64,000 nucleotides of DNA from Eledone cirrhosa (lineage: Eukaryota). The notes beneath the pieces are model-generated. The model was not told the origin of the DNA, did no database searches, and saw nothing but the letters and a program-made list of their open reading frames with translations. Of the stretch, positions 38,228 to 50,439 are shown one piece after another; the stretch's first letter is position 1; each line of letters starts with the position of its first letter. A program made the translations under genes and the position numbers. The stretch is from positions 17,112,001 to 17,176,000 of the forward strand of contig OZ024753.1 of NCBI GenBank assembly GCA_964016885.1, in the 5' to 3' direction.

Positions 38228-38242
38228 CATCATCATACATCT

Positions 38243-38430
38243 AATAATTGTTTCTACCTTTTGCCACAAGGCCAGCAATTACCCAGTGCATTACTGGTAC
38301 TTTATTTCATCGACCCCATAAGGATGAAAGGCAAAGTCAACCTCGGCGGGATTTGAACTCAGAATGGCAAGGGCCGTAACTCTATGCTGAAATCATGGCG
38401 TCCGACTCTCTACCAATACTGCCAATCCAC
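38243..38430 (-). mobile_element. tRNA-derived SINE, full length
   Basis: Reverse complement of the family consensus. Confidence 0.9.
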
Positions 38431-38898
38431 GACCCCTTTTCGAATATTAATAATAACATTCGATTCGTTTGCAATTATGCAAACAAACCTCAATTTTATA
38501 GCCATGTCAGTAGAATGAACACTTCACAATGCAGCTATATATATATATATTCATATATAGACGAAGTGATAGCCTTGTTCAATCATTATACCAAAAGATT
38601 ATTTTAAGCAGGCAGTGTAATTGATTTAGGTGTCGCAGAAACCCTGTACTGGATTATACCATCTTTCCAGGGGGCCGGGTAAATATTTCAATTATTTTGT
38701 TTCACCTGTTTGGCTTGCCTCGTCTTTTTGGCTTAGGTGGTTGATGGCTGTTGACCGCCATCTCAGTTTGTTTGGCCTTTATAACCTATGTTTATTGCTC
38801 TGGTCTTTATTTGGTCCATGGAGCGCTTGCTAGCATAAATCGGATATTGCGTTTCGCTTTGTTTTCGACCACTGCCGAAATCCGAATCTTGCTGAAAT

Positions 38899-38932
<34 letters not shown>

Positions 38933-39275
38933 TTTTGAGTATATGTTGGTTGTATATCAACACCTCAGTATGCAGGCTGGAGCACTCGACGAAGTGTGCA
39001 GGTTGGTTTGGTTACTCCGGAGTAATGTAAAATAAAGTTAAATAAAAAGTCAAATGTTTAAAATTTAGCTTCGTTTATTACTGCTATATATATTTCAGTG
39101 ACAGCCATCTTTGGCTGTGACCTCCCCAGGCAGTCCGAATTAGTGCGGTATAGACAAGTACATATGTTGTTGAGGTGTATAATATTGTCAATACTCTGAT
39201 ATGCCCTGTTCCTGGTTAGGTTGTTATTTCTCTGAGGAAATGGAATCATATCCATTTGGATATCCAACTGGAATC

Positions 39276-39367
<92 letters not shown>

Positions 39368-39469
39368 TATATTGAACGTCAGCAATATGAGGACCTTGAA
39401 GATCACAAATCATAGTAGTGCTAGATACATGGAAGGGTGTAGAATGGGTATACTGAAATAGACATATTA

Positions 39470-40490
39470 TAATGCACTGGAGTCGATTTTATTGACGATC
39501 CCCTCCCTAAAAATTCTTCGCCATTTTCCTAAATCAGAAAGCATTATTACAGAGATTAACATTGCCTTTCATCCTTACGGAGTCGATAAAATAAAGTACC
39601 AGTAATACACTGGGTAATTGCTGGCCTTGTGCCTAACGTAGAAACAATTATTACAATAAATAAGGGCGGTGAATTGGCAGTATCGGTAGAGGGTCGGACA
39701 CCATGCTTTGCAGCACAGTTACGTCCCTTTACGGACTGAGTTCAAATCCCGCCGAGGTTAACTTTGCCTTTCATCCTTACGGGGTCGATAAAATAAAGTA
39801 CCAGTAATGTACTGGGTGATTGCTGGCCTTGTGCCAAAAATAGAAACAATTATTACAGTAATTTATTCCTGGCGGTGGATTGGCAGCATCGGTAGAGCGC
39901 CGGACAACATAGTTTGTCGCATATAGTTACAAGCCTTTATGTTCTGAGTTCAAATCCCACTGAGGTTTGCTTTGCCTTTTAACCTTACAAGGATGATTAA
40001 ATAAAATACCAGTCATGCACTAAGGTCGCTTAATCGACCCCCCCCCCCAAAAAAAAAAACAACTGCTGGACTTGTGCCTATATAAGAAAACATTATTGGC
40101 AGTATTGGTAGAGGGTCGGACGCCATGCTTTCCAGCATAGTTACCACCTTTTACGATCTGAGTTCAAATCCCGCCGAGGTTGACTTTGCCTTTCATCCTT
40201 ACGGGGTCGATAAAATAAAGTACCAGTAATGCACTGGGTAATTGCTGGCCTTGTGCCTAAAGTAGAAACAATTATTTATTTCACGTTTTGACGGATTAGC
40301 AAAATCTGTAGAGCTTTGCGACATATAGTTACGGTCCTTTAAGGTCTGAGTTCAAATCCCGCCGAAGTTAGCTTTGCATTTCATCCTTACAAGGTCGATA
40401 AAATAAAGTACCAGTAATACACACGGTCGATTTAATCGACTCCGCCCCAAATATGTTGGCCTTGTGCCTCAATCGGAAGAAAGCATTATT
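39470..40490 (+). mobile_element. head-to-tail array of ~6 SINE copies (short and long tail subtypes)
   Basis: Copies at about 39470, 39555, 39663, 39870, 40096 and 40293, each ending in a GAAAC/GAAAG+ATTATT-type tail. Confidence 0.9.
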
Positions 40491-40719
40491 ATAGTTTTTC
40501 AGCTTTTCTCAAGTTCTAACTGTAGCCAGCAGTTGTTGAAGTGGTTGTTTTGCTAACGATACCTGATACGGAATGTTGCGGCCATGTTGTGTTTTGATGG
40601 CAGAGGTAGGGCAGCTTATTTGGAGAGAAAGTTTAGTTATATTATCGAGTTTACTGGTAGTAATAAAGGTCACAGGATCGAATTTCTTTACACGTGGCAT
40701 ATTTTTAACTGGAGCATCA

Positions 40720-41210
40720 TGTGGTGGCAGCGGTAGTGATGGTGGTTGTGGTGGTGGTTGTGGTAGTGGTAGTAGCGGTGGTAGTAGTGATGATGGTAGT
40801 GGTGGTGGTAGTGGTGGTGGTGGTGGTGTTGGTGTGGTTGTTGATGGTGGTAGTGGTGGTGGTAGTGGTAGTAGCGGTGGTAGTAGTGATGATGGTAGTG
40901 GTGGTGGTGGTGGTGGTGTTGGTGTGGTTGTTGATGGTGGTAGTGGTGGTGGTTGTGGTAGTAGCGGTGGTAGTGGCGGTGGTGGTGGTGGTAGTGGTGG
41001 TGGTGGTGGTTGTGGTTGTAGCGGTGGTAGTAGTAATGATTGTAGTATTGGCAGTGGTAGTGGTGGTAGTAGCGGTGGTGGTAGTCGTGGTAGTGGTGGT
41101 GGTAGTAGTGGCGGTGGTGGTTGTTGTGTAGTAGCGTTGGTAGTAGTGATGATGGCAGTGGTATTGTTGTTGTTGGTGGTGGTGTTATGATGATGTGGGG
41201 TGGGGTGGTG
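40720..41210. repeat. (GGT/TAG/TGT)n compound trinucleotide repeat
   Basis: Seen directly. It explains the Pro-, Gly-, His- and Val-rich ORFs. Confidence 0.9.
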
Positions 41211-41305
41211 GAGAAAAATAAAGAGTCCAAAAGATAAAATAAACACCAAGAATTAGAATAACAATGATAGAAATATGAAGAGAGAGGGAGGGAGAGTTGG
41301 TGAGA

Positions 41306-41336
<31 letters not shown>

Positions 41337-41984
41337 CGGGTGAGAGAGAGAGAGGGGGTGAGAGAGAGAGAGAGAGAGAGAGGGGGAGAGAATGTTTACG
41401 GTGGATTATAAACGAAAAGGAATTATCTATTTAGTTAGAAAAAGGGCAGATATATATATATATATATACACACATACACACATCCACTGACACATGCATA
41501 CACATACACACACACGGACACATCCATACATACGCACATACATACACATACACACACATACATGCACACATACATACACTGACACATACATACATACACA
41601 CATTAATACGCACAGACACATTCACACACATACACACACACACGCACAAAAACAAACATATGCCTATCTAAACATATAGACTCACACAGGAACACATGTG
41701 TATACAAATGTTGATAATAAAGGAGTAAATGTAAATATATATGATATATGTATAATATATACACGAGTCTCGCTATGAATGTGAGAACGCCAGACACGTG
41801 TTTCTGCAATTTTATGCGCCATCTTTGACATTTACTCGGTACTGAGACAAGCTTTAGTTCATAAGCCAGTAGTTCCCAATCTGTTGCGCACCATACACCT
41901 CAAAATCTCAAAATTCGTTCTGCCACCCATTCATATGAAAACAGATTGAGTTTTGTACTCAGTTTTGTACACATTGGCGTATAA

Positions 41985-42795
41985 GGTGATGCCAGATGTA
42001 CAATAACATGTGGTGAAGGTGAGACAGGAGTTTCTGACAGTAGTGTGTACCATAGTAACCTTGGTGTAGGTGGTGCCAGATGTACAATAACATGTGGTGG
42101 AGGTGAGACAGGAGTTTCTGACAGTAATGTGTACCATAGTAACCTTGGTGTAGGTGGTGCCAGATGTACAATAACATGTGGTGGAGGTGAGACAGGAGTT
42201 TCTGACAGTAGTGTGTACCATAGTAACCTTGGTGTAGGTGGTGCCAGATGTACAATAACATGTGGTGGAGGTGAGACAGGAGTTTCTGACAGTAGTGTGT
42301 ACCATAGTAACCTTGGTATAGGTGTTGTCAGATGTACAATAACATGTGGTGGAGGTGAGACAGGAGTTTCTGACAGTAATGTCTACCATAGAAACCTTGG
42401 TGTAGGTGGTGCCAGATGTACAATAACATGTGGTGGAGGTGAGACAGGAGTTTCTGACAGTAGTGTGTACCATAGTAACCTTGGTAAAGGTGTTGTCAGA
42501 TGTACAATAACATGTGGTGGAGGTGAGACAGGAGTTTCTGACAGTAATGTCTACCATAGAAACCTTGGTGTAGGTGGTGCCAGATGTACAATAACATGTG
42601 GTGGAGGTGAGACAGGAGTTTCTGACAGTAGTGTGTACCATAGTAACCTTGGTATAGGTGTTGTCAGATGTACAATAACATGTGGTGGAGGTGAGACAGG
42701 AGTTTCTGACAGTAATGTCTACCATAGAAACCTTGGTGTAGGTGGTGCCAGATGTACAATAACATGTGGTGGAGGTGAGACAACAATTTCTGACA
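41985..42795. repeat. 84-bp tandem repeat, ~9.5 copies, with a 168-bp higher-order dimer
   Basis: GATGTACAATAAC starts recur every 84 nt from 41995 to 42751. No indels. Confidence 0.95.
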
Positions 42796-42835
42796 TTGCG
42801 GCAGGTAAACCCAGCCACACAATGCCAAAACAACG

Positions 42836-42849
42836 AAAAAACTAATCAG

Positions 42850-42888
<39 letters not shown>

Positions 42889-43179
42889 CGAATGAAAAGT
42901 GGTAAGGAACCAGGTGGACCGTAACGCACCAAAGTACTCAATACTTAGGGTAGTAGAGTGGGTAATAGGAGTAAGTAAGACCCCGACGGCTGAGCTCAAG
43001 CCGTTTCGACGTACAGAATTAGCCGTCGAAACGGCTTGAGCTCAGCCGTCGGGGTCTTACTTACTCCTATTACCCACTCTACTACGCTAAGTATTGAGTA
43101 CTTTGGTGCGTTATGGTCCACCTGGTTCCTTACCACTTTTCATTCGCTATATATATATATATATAAGCTGATTAGTTTT
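42836..43179. mobile_element. family E near-perfect fold-back (~155-bp arms, 12-nt spacer)
   Basis: 42836-43011 is the reverse complement of 43024-43179 apart from TA-run length and two substitutions. Both arms give the same peptide in the ORF track. Confidence 0.9.
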
Positions 43180-43324
43180 ATATATATATATATATATACC
43201 ACCACCGCCAGTATTATCAAAATTGCCACCAAAACCATCAGTGCCAACGCCACTACCCCACCACAGTGTGTGTGTGCATGTGTTTTAGTGAGTATGCATA
43301 TACGTTTCTTTCTGTTTCTACATT

Positions 43325-43585
43325 CACATGTATGTGAGACCACATGTGTGTGACCACATGTATGAGACCACATGCATGTCAGACGACATGTGTGTGAGTC
43401 CAAATGTGTTATGATATCATATATGTGTGAGATCACATGTGTGTGAGATCACATGTGTGTGAGACCACATGTGTGTGAGATCACATGTGTGTGAGACCAT
43501 ACATGTGTAAGATCACGTGTGTGAGATCACACGTGCGTGAGAACACATGTATATTAGACAACATGTATGTCAGACCACATGTATT
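43325..43585. repeat. ~16-bp degenerate minisatellite CACATGTGTGTGAGA(T/C)
   Basis: Seen directly. Confidence 0.8.
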
Positions 43586-43882
43586 AATTTAGGCACCAAC
43601 ATGTTAATATAGAACGTACCTAAGATATTTTGATGTCACAACATTTGGTTGCGAATAACTATCACATCTTTGTTTGGATTCTTTACAATCCCACTGAGAC
43701 CAACTTTGGTTTTCATCCTTATATATATAAGCTGATAGCTTCATAACCGCCATTTTCAGTTTGTTTGGCCTCTATAACCTATGCTAATTGCTCTGGTCTT
43801 CTTTTAGTCCATTGAGCGCTTGCCGCATATCTCAAAAATTGCGTTTCGCTTTGTTTTTGATCACAGCCGAAATACGATCTCG

Positions 43883-43968
43883 CTTTGCCTTTCATCCTTA
43901 CGGGGTCGATAAAATAAAGTACCCGTAATGTACTGGGTAATTGCTGGCCTTGTGCCTAAAGTAGAAAC

Positions 43969-43972
<4 letters not shown>
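43883..43972 (+). mobile_element. SINE 3' half
   Basis: CTTTGCCTTTCATCCTTACGGGGTCGAT...GTAGAAACAATTAT. Confidence 0.85.
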
Positions 43973-44011
<39 letters not shown>

Positions 44012-44237
44012 TGTATATATAGTGTATTTTGCAATACACTGTATGCTTAAATAAAAGCATTTTGAAGACCTTACGCTATTGTTTTAAAATAGTGACGTCA
44101 CTTATTTAAATTTTCAGCAAACAGGGGGAGTTAAACTGACAGAGCTCTGTTTCGTACTTTTTGGTACGTATCAAAGTTCACCACTCCTCCTGTTTGCTGA
44201 AAATTATGTGTGTTGGATTCTTATAGAATATATATAT

Positions 44238-44402
44238 GAAAAGAGTCAGGACCCCGACGGCGGAGTTCGGATTTAGCTGTCGAACCGGTCGTAGCTCAGC
44301 CATCGGGGTCCTGACTCTTTTCCTATTACCCAAATAAATACCCTAAGTATTGAGTACTCTGGTGCGTAATGGTCCACCTGGTATCTTACCACACCCTCTT
44401 TG
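44238..44402 (+). mobile_element. family E copy with short 5' fold-back
   Basis: GAAAAGAGTCAGGACCCCGACGGC pairs with GCCATCGGGGTCCTGACTCTTTTC. It encloses GCTGTC-GAAC-CGGTCG-TA-GCTC, and the family 3' end follows. Confidence 0.75.
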
Positions 44403-44845
44403 TTATATATATATATATAAGTGTAGCTTCATTTGTATAGGTTATTGATACGCGTAAGTGATAAAAGAAGAATGATAGTTTTAATAATTTATTTCTAGAA
44501 TATATTTACATAATTGTTCAGCATGTACAAATTACACAGGGTTAAATATATGTTACATTATGAAAGTAGGAATAAAAAAGTAAGTAAAAAAGTAGAAACA
44601 ATTATGAAAATAACTATTTACAGGGACAAATATAGGATTAGAAGAGGATCTTGTGACGGAAAACGAACTTCTTCCTGTAATAAAATGACTTAGTGATGTA
44701 TTGTATGTATGTGTAGGTAAAATTCAAAGTTAGAGACACATCCCACCCACCGCCAGAAGGCCGTCTCCTTGGAGTTCTGTGTCTTTGATTTGTTTTTTTC
44801 TTTATTGTTTCGACCCCTCTTTGTTAATCTTCCTAAGTTTATTAC

Positions 44846-44910
<65 letters not shown>

Positions 44911-44914
<4 letters not shown>

Positions 44915-45140
44915 TATTTAATTTGTTGGGATAAAACAAGCAAATATTTTTATAACTGATATAAAGCACTCAACAAATTTTTGGAGTAAAAATACAATAT
45001 ATTAATAAATGGAAACTATATTTATAAAACCATATTTATTTCATTATACATATTTCAAGGACACCAAAGCAAATTATGGTGCGCTTTCGTCAGATAAAAT
45101 ATAATATAGATCAGTTTTATAAACACATATTGACATACCC
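44911..45140 (-). mobile_element. family A element with hammerhead
   Basis: Reverse complement: TATTTTAT-CTGACGA-AAGC-GCACCA..TGGTGT-CCTT-GAAA-TATGTA-TA-ATGAAATA. Core at 45053-45093. Confidence 0.8.
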
Positions 45141-45206
45141 TTAAAAGAATGCGACCATTTCCAACAGAAATGGTCGCATTCTTTATTTTCCATTTGTTAA
45201 TATATC

Positions 45207-45247
<41 letters not shown>

Positions 45248-45342
45248 AAGGTTAAATAAGATTCAATGAATAAATCAATGAATAAAGTTTTACAATAGAT
45301 TAGAAGCACTCCACAGTTTGGTTTTCCGGAGTTATTAATATT

Positions 45343-45867
<525 letters not shown>

Positions 45868-45887
45868 TTATTATTGTTATTATTATA

Positions 45888-46075
45888 TTGGCAGTATCGG
45901 TAGAGGGTCGGACGCCATGCTTTCCAGCATAGTTACGTCCCTTTACGATCTGAGTTCAAATGCCGCCGAGGTTGACTTTGCCTTTCATCCTTACGGGGTC
46001 GATAAAATAAAGTACCAGTAATGAACTGGGTAATTGCTGGCCTTGTGCCTAAAGTAGAAACAATTATTATTATTA
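45888..46075 (+). mobile_element. tRNA-derived SINE in (TTA)n context
   Basis: A and B boxes, body and tail, with ATTATT on both flanks. Confidence 0.9.
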
Positions 46076-46456
46076 TATATATCAAAGTTATAATTAGAGA
46101 AATTCAACCAAAGTTCTTGAAGAAGTGTTTATTAGTTTACAATTGTTTTGAAGAATGAGGTCAAAATTCAATCAAAAAACGTACATATCAATTTTTCAAT
46201 TCATAGATACACATGTTATTAAGAGAAAATTAGGACCAGAATCTTGTCTTCGGGACATATAAAAACATTGAAAAATATATCTTAGGGACGATTATTTTAA
46301 ACTCTAATTATAACTTTGATATTTAATGGTGGCTTATACTTTGTTTTGCCCTCTCTAAACGCTTTTCTTGCACGCTATACGCATTGAGCACACTGCCCTC
46401 CATGCTACTGGCATTTCATTCTTGGATGGGGTTGTACACATACATATGATATATAT

Positions 46457-46732
46457 AATAGTAAAAGGACGAATTGTTATGCCTTCATTGCGTTTATTGA
46501 GTAATGACGTGCATGCCGCTATTGATCAGCTCAAGTGGTCCGACGAGCTTTTGATTCCAAAATCGGGCCAGATTGATACAGATCAAACCTTGAGCTGATC
46601 AATAATGAAACACGCGTTATTACTCAATAAACGTAATGAAGGCATAATAATTGATCCTTTTACTATTATATTTACTCTACGCATTGAGTACTCACTTGGG
46701 TGAACCCACAGTAACAACACGTTACACTCCTT
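46457..46732 (+). mobile_element. family D fold-back element with extended-stem-II hammerhead
   Basis: Arms ~46457-46535 / 46589-46668. GTGGT-CCGACGA(46540-46)-GCTTTTGATT..GATCAATAAT-GAAA(46607-10)-CACGCG-TT-ATTAC. Confidence 0.75.
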
Positions 46733-46772
46733 ATATATATATATATATAATTTATTGTGCAATCCACATCTT

Positions 46773-47822
46773 TTACATTTCTCCTATACGCGGGTTTCCT
46801 GGGATTTGCGATAAGTAATCATTAGATCCCTTAGGTATCATTCCTAGAGCGCCTACAACCACTGGTATTGTTTTAGTTCTCAACTTCCACATTTTTCCAA
46901 TTTCTATCTCCAGGTCCTTATACGTGCTCAATTTTTCAAATGTTTTTGTAGATACATTCTTGTCTAATGGAACGGACATATCAATTAGCAGGCATCCCCT
47001 CTTCTTAAAGTCCTTCAGTATTATATCAGGTCTATTTGCATCTATTTTTCGGTATGTTTGGATGCTAAAGTTCCACAAGATTGAGATGTGATCTTTTTCA
47101 AGTACGGGAGGTGGTTGATGCTTCCACCAATTCTTTTGATGGGTCAGGTCAAAATGCTTACACATTATTCAATGTATGTATTGTGCAGCTCTGTCGTGCC
47201 TGTTTAGGTATTCGGTTGGAGTTATAGGACTGCACATTGAAATTATATGATCAATGGTCTCTGGTTGTTTTTTACATACACGGCACAATGGGTTGCATCC
47301 ATTTTTTTATTATGTTGGCTTGAGCATTTTTTGTTGGCAGACACTGATCTTGTGCTGGTTTAATCAGTCCTTCAGTCTCCGATTTCAGTCCAGAGGATGC
47401 CAACCACTGATGGTTAAAGTTTTGTCAACATCAGAATTGTTAGCTCTTTCTGGGTATTTTCCATACAGAGGCTTTTCTTGCCATTTCTTAGCCTGTTTCT
47501 GTAGCAGTTCTTTATTTGCTTTTACTGTGTTTTTTTTTTATTTCAGCATTAAAGGGAACTTCTGAAATTTGTAGTTCATTACTGTATATTTGTGCATCTT
47601 TTGTAATGGAATATGATCTTTTGGTGCTTTCGTGTTTCAAAACGAGTTTGATCATCCAATCATGTGATTCCCTTAGATATGTGGATAATCCAATTGTTGC
47701 AGTTTTCAACGCAATGTCTAACTGGATTAACCCACGTCCTCCTTCTTTCCTAGGGAGAAATATTCTATCTGTATCTGCCTTAGGGTGATGCATTCCGTGC
47801 ATGGTTATTGTTCTTTGAGTCT
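46773..47822 (-). mobile_element. R4/Dong-type (RLE) LINE fragment A, degenerate
   Basis: HPKADTDRIFLPRKEGGRGL, a CCHC knuckle (CRVC..ETIDHIISMC), RHD, and RLE motif NRPDII..LLIDMSVP..K..Y.DL..IPVVVGALG. Frameshifts and stops present. Confidence 0.88.
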
Positions 47823-48052
47823 TAGTCATTGATTTTATTTAACTGGAAAGTTTGTTGAAATGAATATCAAGCCGCTACCTGCCGCCTCAGATATTCAGAA
47901 CATATCGGAGGGTTCTTTCTGTTCCCAGCAAGCATGCCTTTTGAAGTGTTCCAAAAAGCGGGGCTGGACTAATCTTCTTTAACCATCATTGGAAACTCTT
48001 TGAGATAGTACCTAGTGCGCCTATGACAATCGGAACGACCTTGATTTCATGG
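47823..48052 (-). mobile_element. R4/Dong-type LINE 3' end, fragment B
   Basis: Closely similar to 48102-48328 (HEIKVVPIVIGALGT..QKACLLGT..LRYVLNI* plus UTR). Confidence 0.85.
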
Positions 48053-48061
48053 TTATCATTA

Positions 48062-48593
48062 TTATTATTATTATTATTGTTGTTATTCCTTGAATCTCAG
48101 TCATTGATGTTGGTTAACTGGAAAGTCCGTTGGATTGAATATCAAGCCACTACCTGCAGCCTCAGATATTCAGGACGTATCGGAGGGTTCTTGCTGTTAT
48201 AAGCAAGCATGCCTTTTGAAGCGTTCCAAAAAGCGTGAAGGGGCCGATTTTCTTTAACCATCCCTGGAAACTTTTAGAGATAGTCCCCAGTGCGCCTATG
48301 ACAATCGGGATCACTTTGACTTCATGGCAATTCCAAATCCTTTTCACCTCCCACTTTAGGTCCTGGTATCGGTTAATTTTCTCCCTCTCCTTCTCTTGCA
48401 CTCTCGTGTCGAACGGGCAGGCCACATCCACAATCAGACACGATCTTTTTTCTTTGTCCACAACCACCAGGTCAGGTCTATTGTGTTCCAGTTTTTTGTC
48501 CGTCTGTATCCTAAAATCCCACAGCACCTTCACCTGATTGTTCTCCATCACCGCCTCTGGCCTATGCTCATACCATTTCTCAGAATGTGGTAA
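48062..48593 (-). mobile_element. R4/Dong-type LINE 3' end, fragment C, flanked by (TAA)n
   Basis: LWDFRIQTDKKLEHNRPDLVVVDK..LIVDVACP..EKINRYQDL..IPIVIGALG..QKACLL. (TTA)n at 48053-48078 and 48594-48655. Confidence 0.9.
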
Positions 48594-48657
<64 letters not shown>

Positions 48658-49077
48658 TATAAGAGTGAGTTCAACCTTCTTCACAGCCCACTCCTGTTCT
48701 TTCCAATTTATCCAGCCGTGATATTATAGTTCTGTGATTAATCTAGCAAGAAAAATACCTTTCGTCTCCTTCCTGCCTAGTTTTACTGTTTCTAAACCAG
48801 AAATCATACCACCACCTCTCCACAACCCCAATACACGTACACAAACCTGACCTCTTACATAATTCAAACAGAGATATGCTAGAATTGAATATCACTTATG
48901 TAAACTTTTGTCTATCAGTAAAGACTTTGATATCAATGTAAAAATAATAATGGATTAAATTAAATGCAGTGTTTGTGTGTGTCTGGGGGTTGAATAAATA
49001 TTATCTATATGGCAGTGTATTATTAGGATACGAATGAATATAAATATGACAAGATTGTATCAATATAAGAGGAGGTA

Positions 49078-50435
49078 AGGGCGGTAGATTGACAGTGTCG
49101 GTAGAGCATCGGACATCATGCTTTACGGCATAGAATTACATCCCTTTATGTTTTGAGTTCAAATCCTGCCGAGGTTAGCTTTCTTTTTCATTTTTGCGGG
49201 GGCAATAAAATGAAATACCAGTAATGCGCTCGTGTCAATTTGATTAACTTTACCCTCCCGCAACATTGTTGGCCTTATACCGATATCAGAAATCATTATT
49301 TATATTGGCGGTGGATTGGCAGTATCGGTAGAGGGTCGGACATGCTTTCCAGCATAGTTACGTCCCTTTACGATCTGAGTTCAAATCCTGCCGAGGTTAA
49401 CTTTGCCTTTCATCCTTACGGGGTCGATAAAATAAAATACCAGTAATGTACTGGGTAATTGCTGGCCTTGTGCCTAAAATAGAAACAATTATTTATATTA
49501 GCAGTATCGGTAGAGGGTCGGACGCCATGCTTTGACGCATAGAGTTATGGCCCTTGCCATTCTGAGTTCAAATCCCGCCGAGGTTAACTTTGCCTTTCAT
49601 CCTTACGGAGTCGATAAAATAAAGTACCAGTAATCCACTGGGGTAATTGCTGGCCTTGTGCCAAAAGTAGAAACAATTATTTATAGGTATATTGGGGCGG
49701 TGGGTTGGCAATATCGGTGGAGCGTCATATAACATGCTTTACGGTAAAGAGTTACGTTCCTTTACGCTCTGAGTTCAAATCCTGTCGAGGTTAGCTTCTA
49801 CTTTTTCATCTTTACGGGGTCCATAAAAAGAAGTACCAGTAATGCACTGGGGTTATACAATCGACATTCCCCTCCCCCCAAAATTGTTGGCCTTGTGCCT
49901 AAACTCGTTACTATAAGAGACAGTGAATTGACAGAGTCGTTAGATACAATATTTTGTGGTATTCTAGTTATATATGCTTTCTGAATTCAAATCCCACAGA
50001 ATTCAATTTTCACGTTCATCCCTTCGAGGCCGTTTAAAAAGTCCCAGTTCAGTACTTGGGTCGATTCTCCCTCTATATTTCTTTCTCCTTCTCTGGAATA
50101 AACCAGCTGTGTTCCGACCTGGAGAGAGTATGAGCTCTGCCAGGTTTAATGTGCCCAAGACACGCTGTAATCTCACGAGGGTTTCTCAGCGAATCTATAG
50201 AGTGTTACGGCCTCATTAATATAAGAATAAACATTATTTAAATCAGGTGTTGGATTGGCAGAATTGGTAGAGGGTCGGACATGCTTTCCAGCATAGTTAC
50301 GTCCCTTTACGATCTGAGTTCAAATCCCGCCGAGGTTAACTTTGCCTTTCATCCTTACGGGTTCGATAAAATAAAGTACCAGTAATTATACTGGGTAATT
50401 GCTCGCCTTGTGCCAAAAAGTAGAAACAATTATTT
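49078..50435 (+). mobile_element. second head-to-tail SINE array (~6 copies)
   Basis: Copies at about 49078, 49307, 49497, 49695, 49920 (degenerate) and 50245. Confidence 0.9.
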
Positions 50436-50439
50436 AAAT

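Noticed and set aside
40509-41249. Pro-, Gly-, His- and Val-rich ORFs
   Set aside because: Open in several frames on both strands because of the GGT/TAG trinucleotide repeat.
41995-42783. C2H2 zinc-finger array suggested by the 84-bp period
   Set aside because: No frame shows CxxC..HxxxH spacing or a TGEKP linker.
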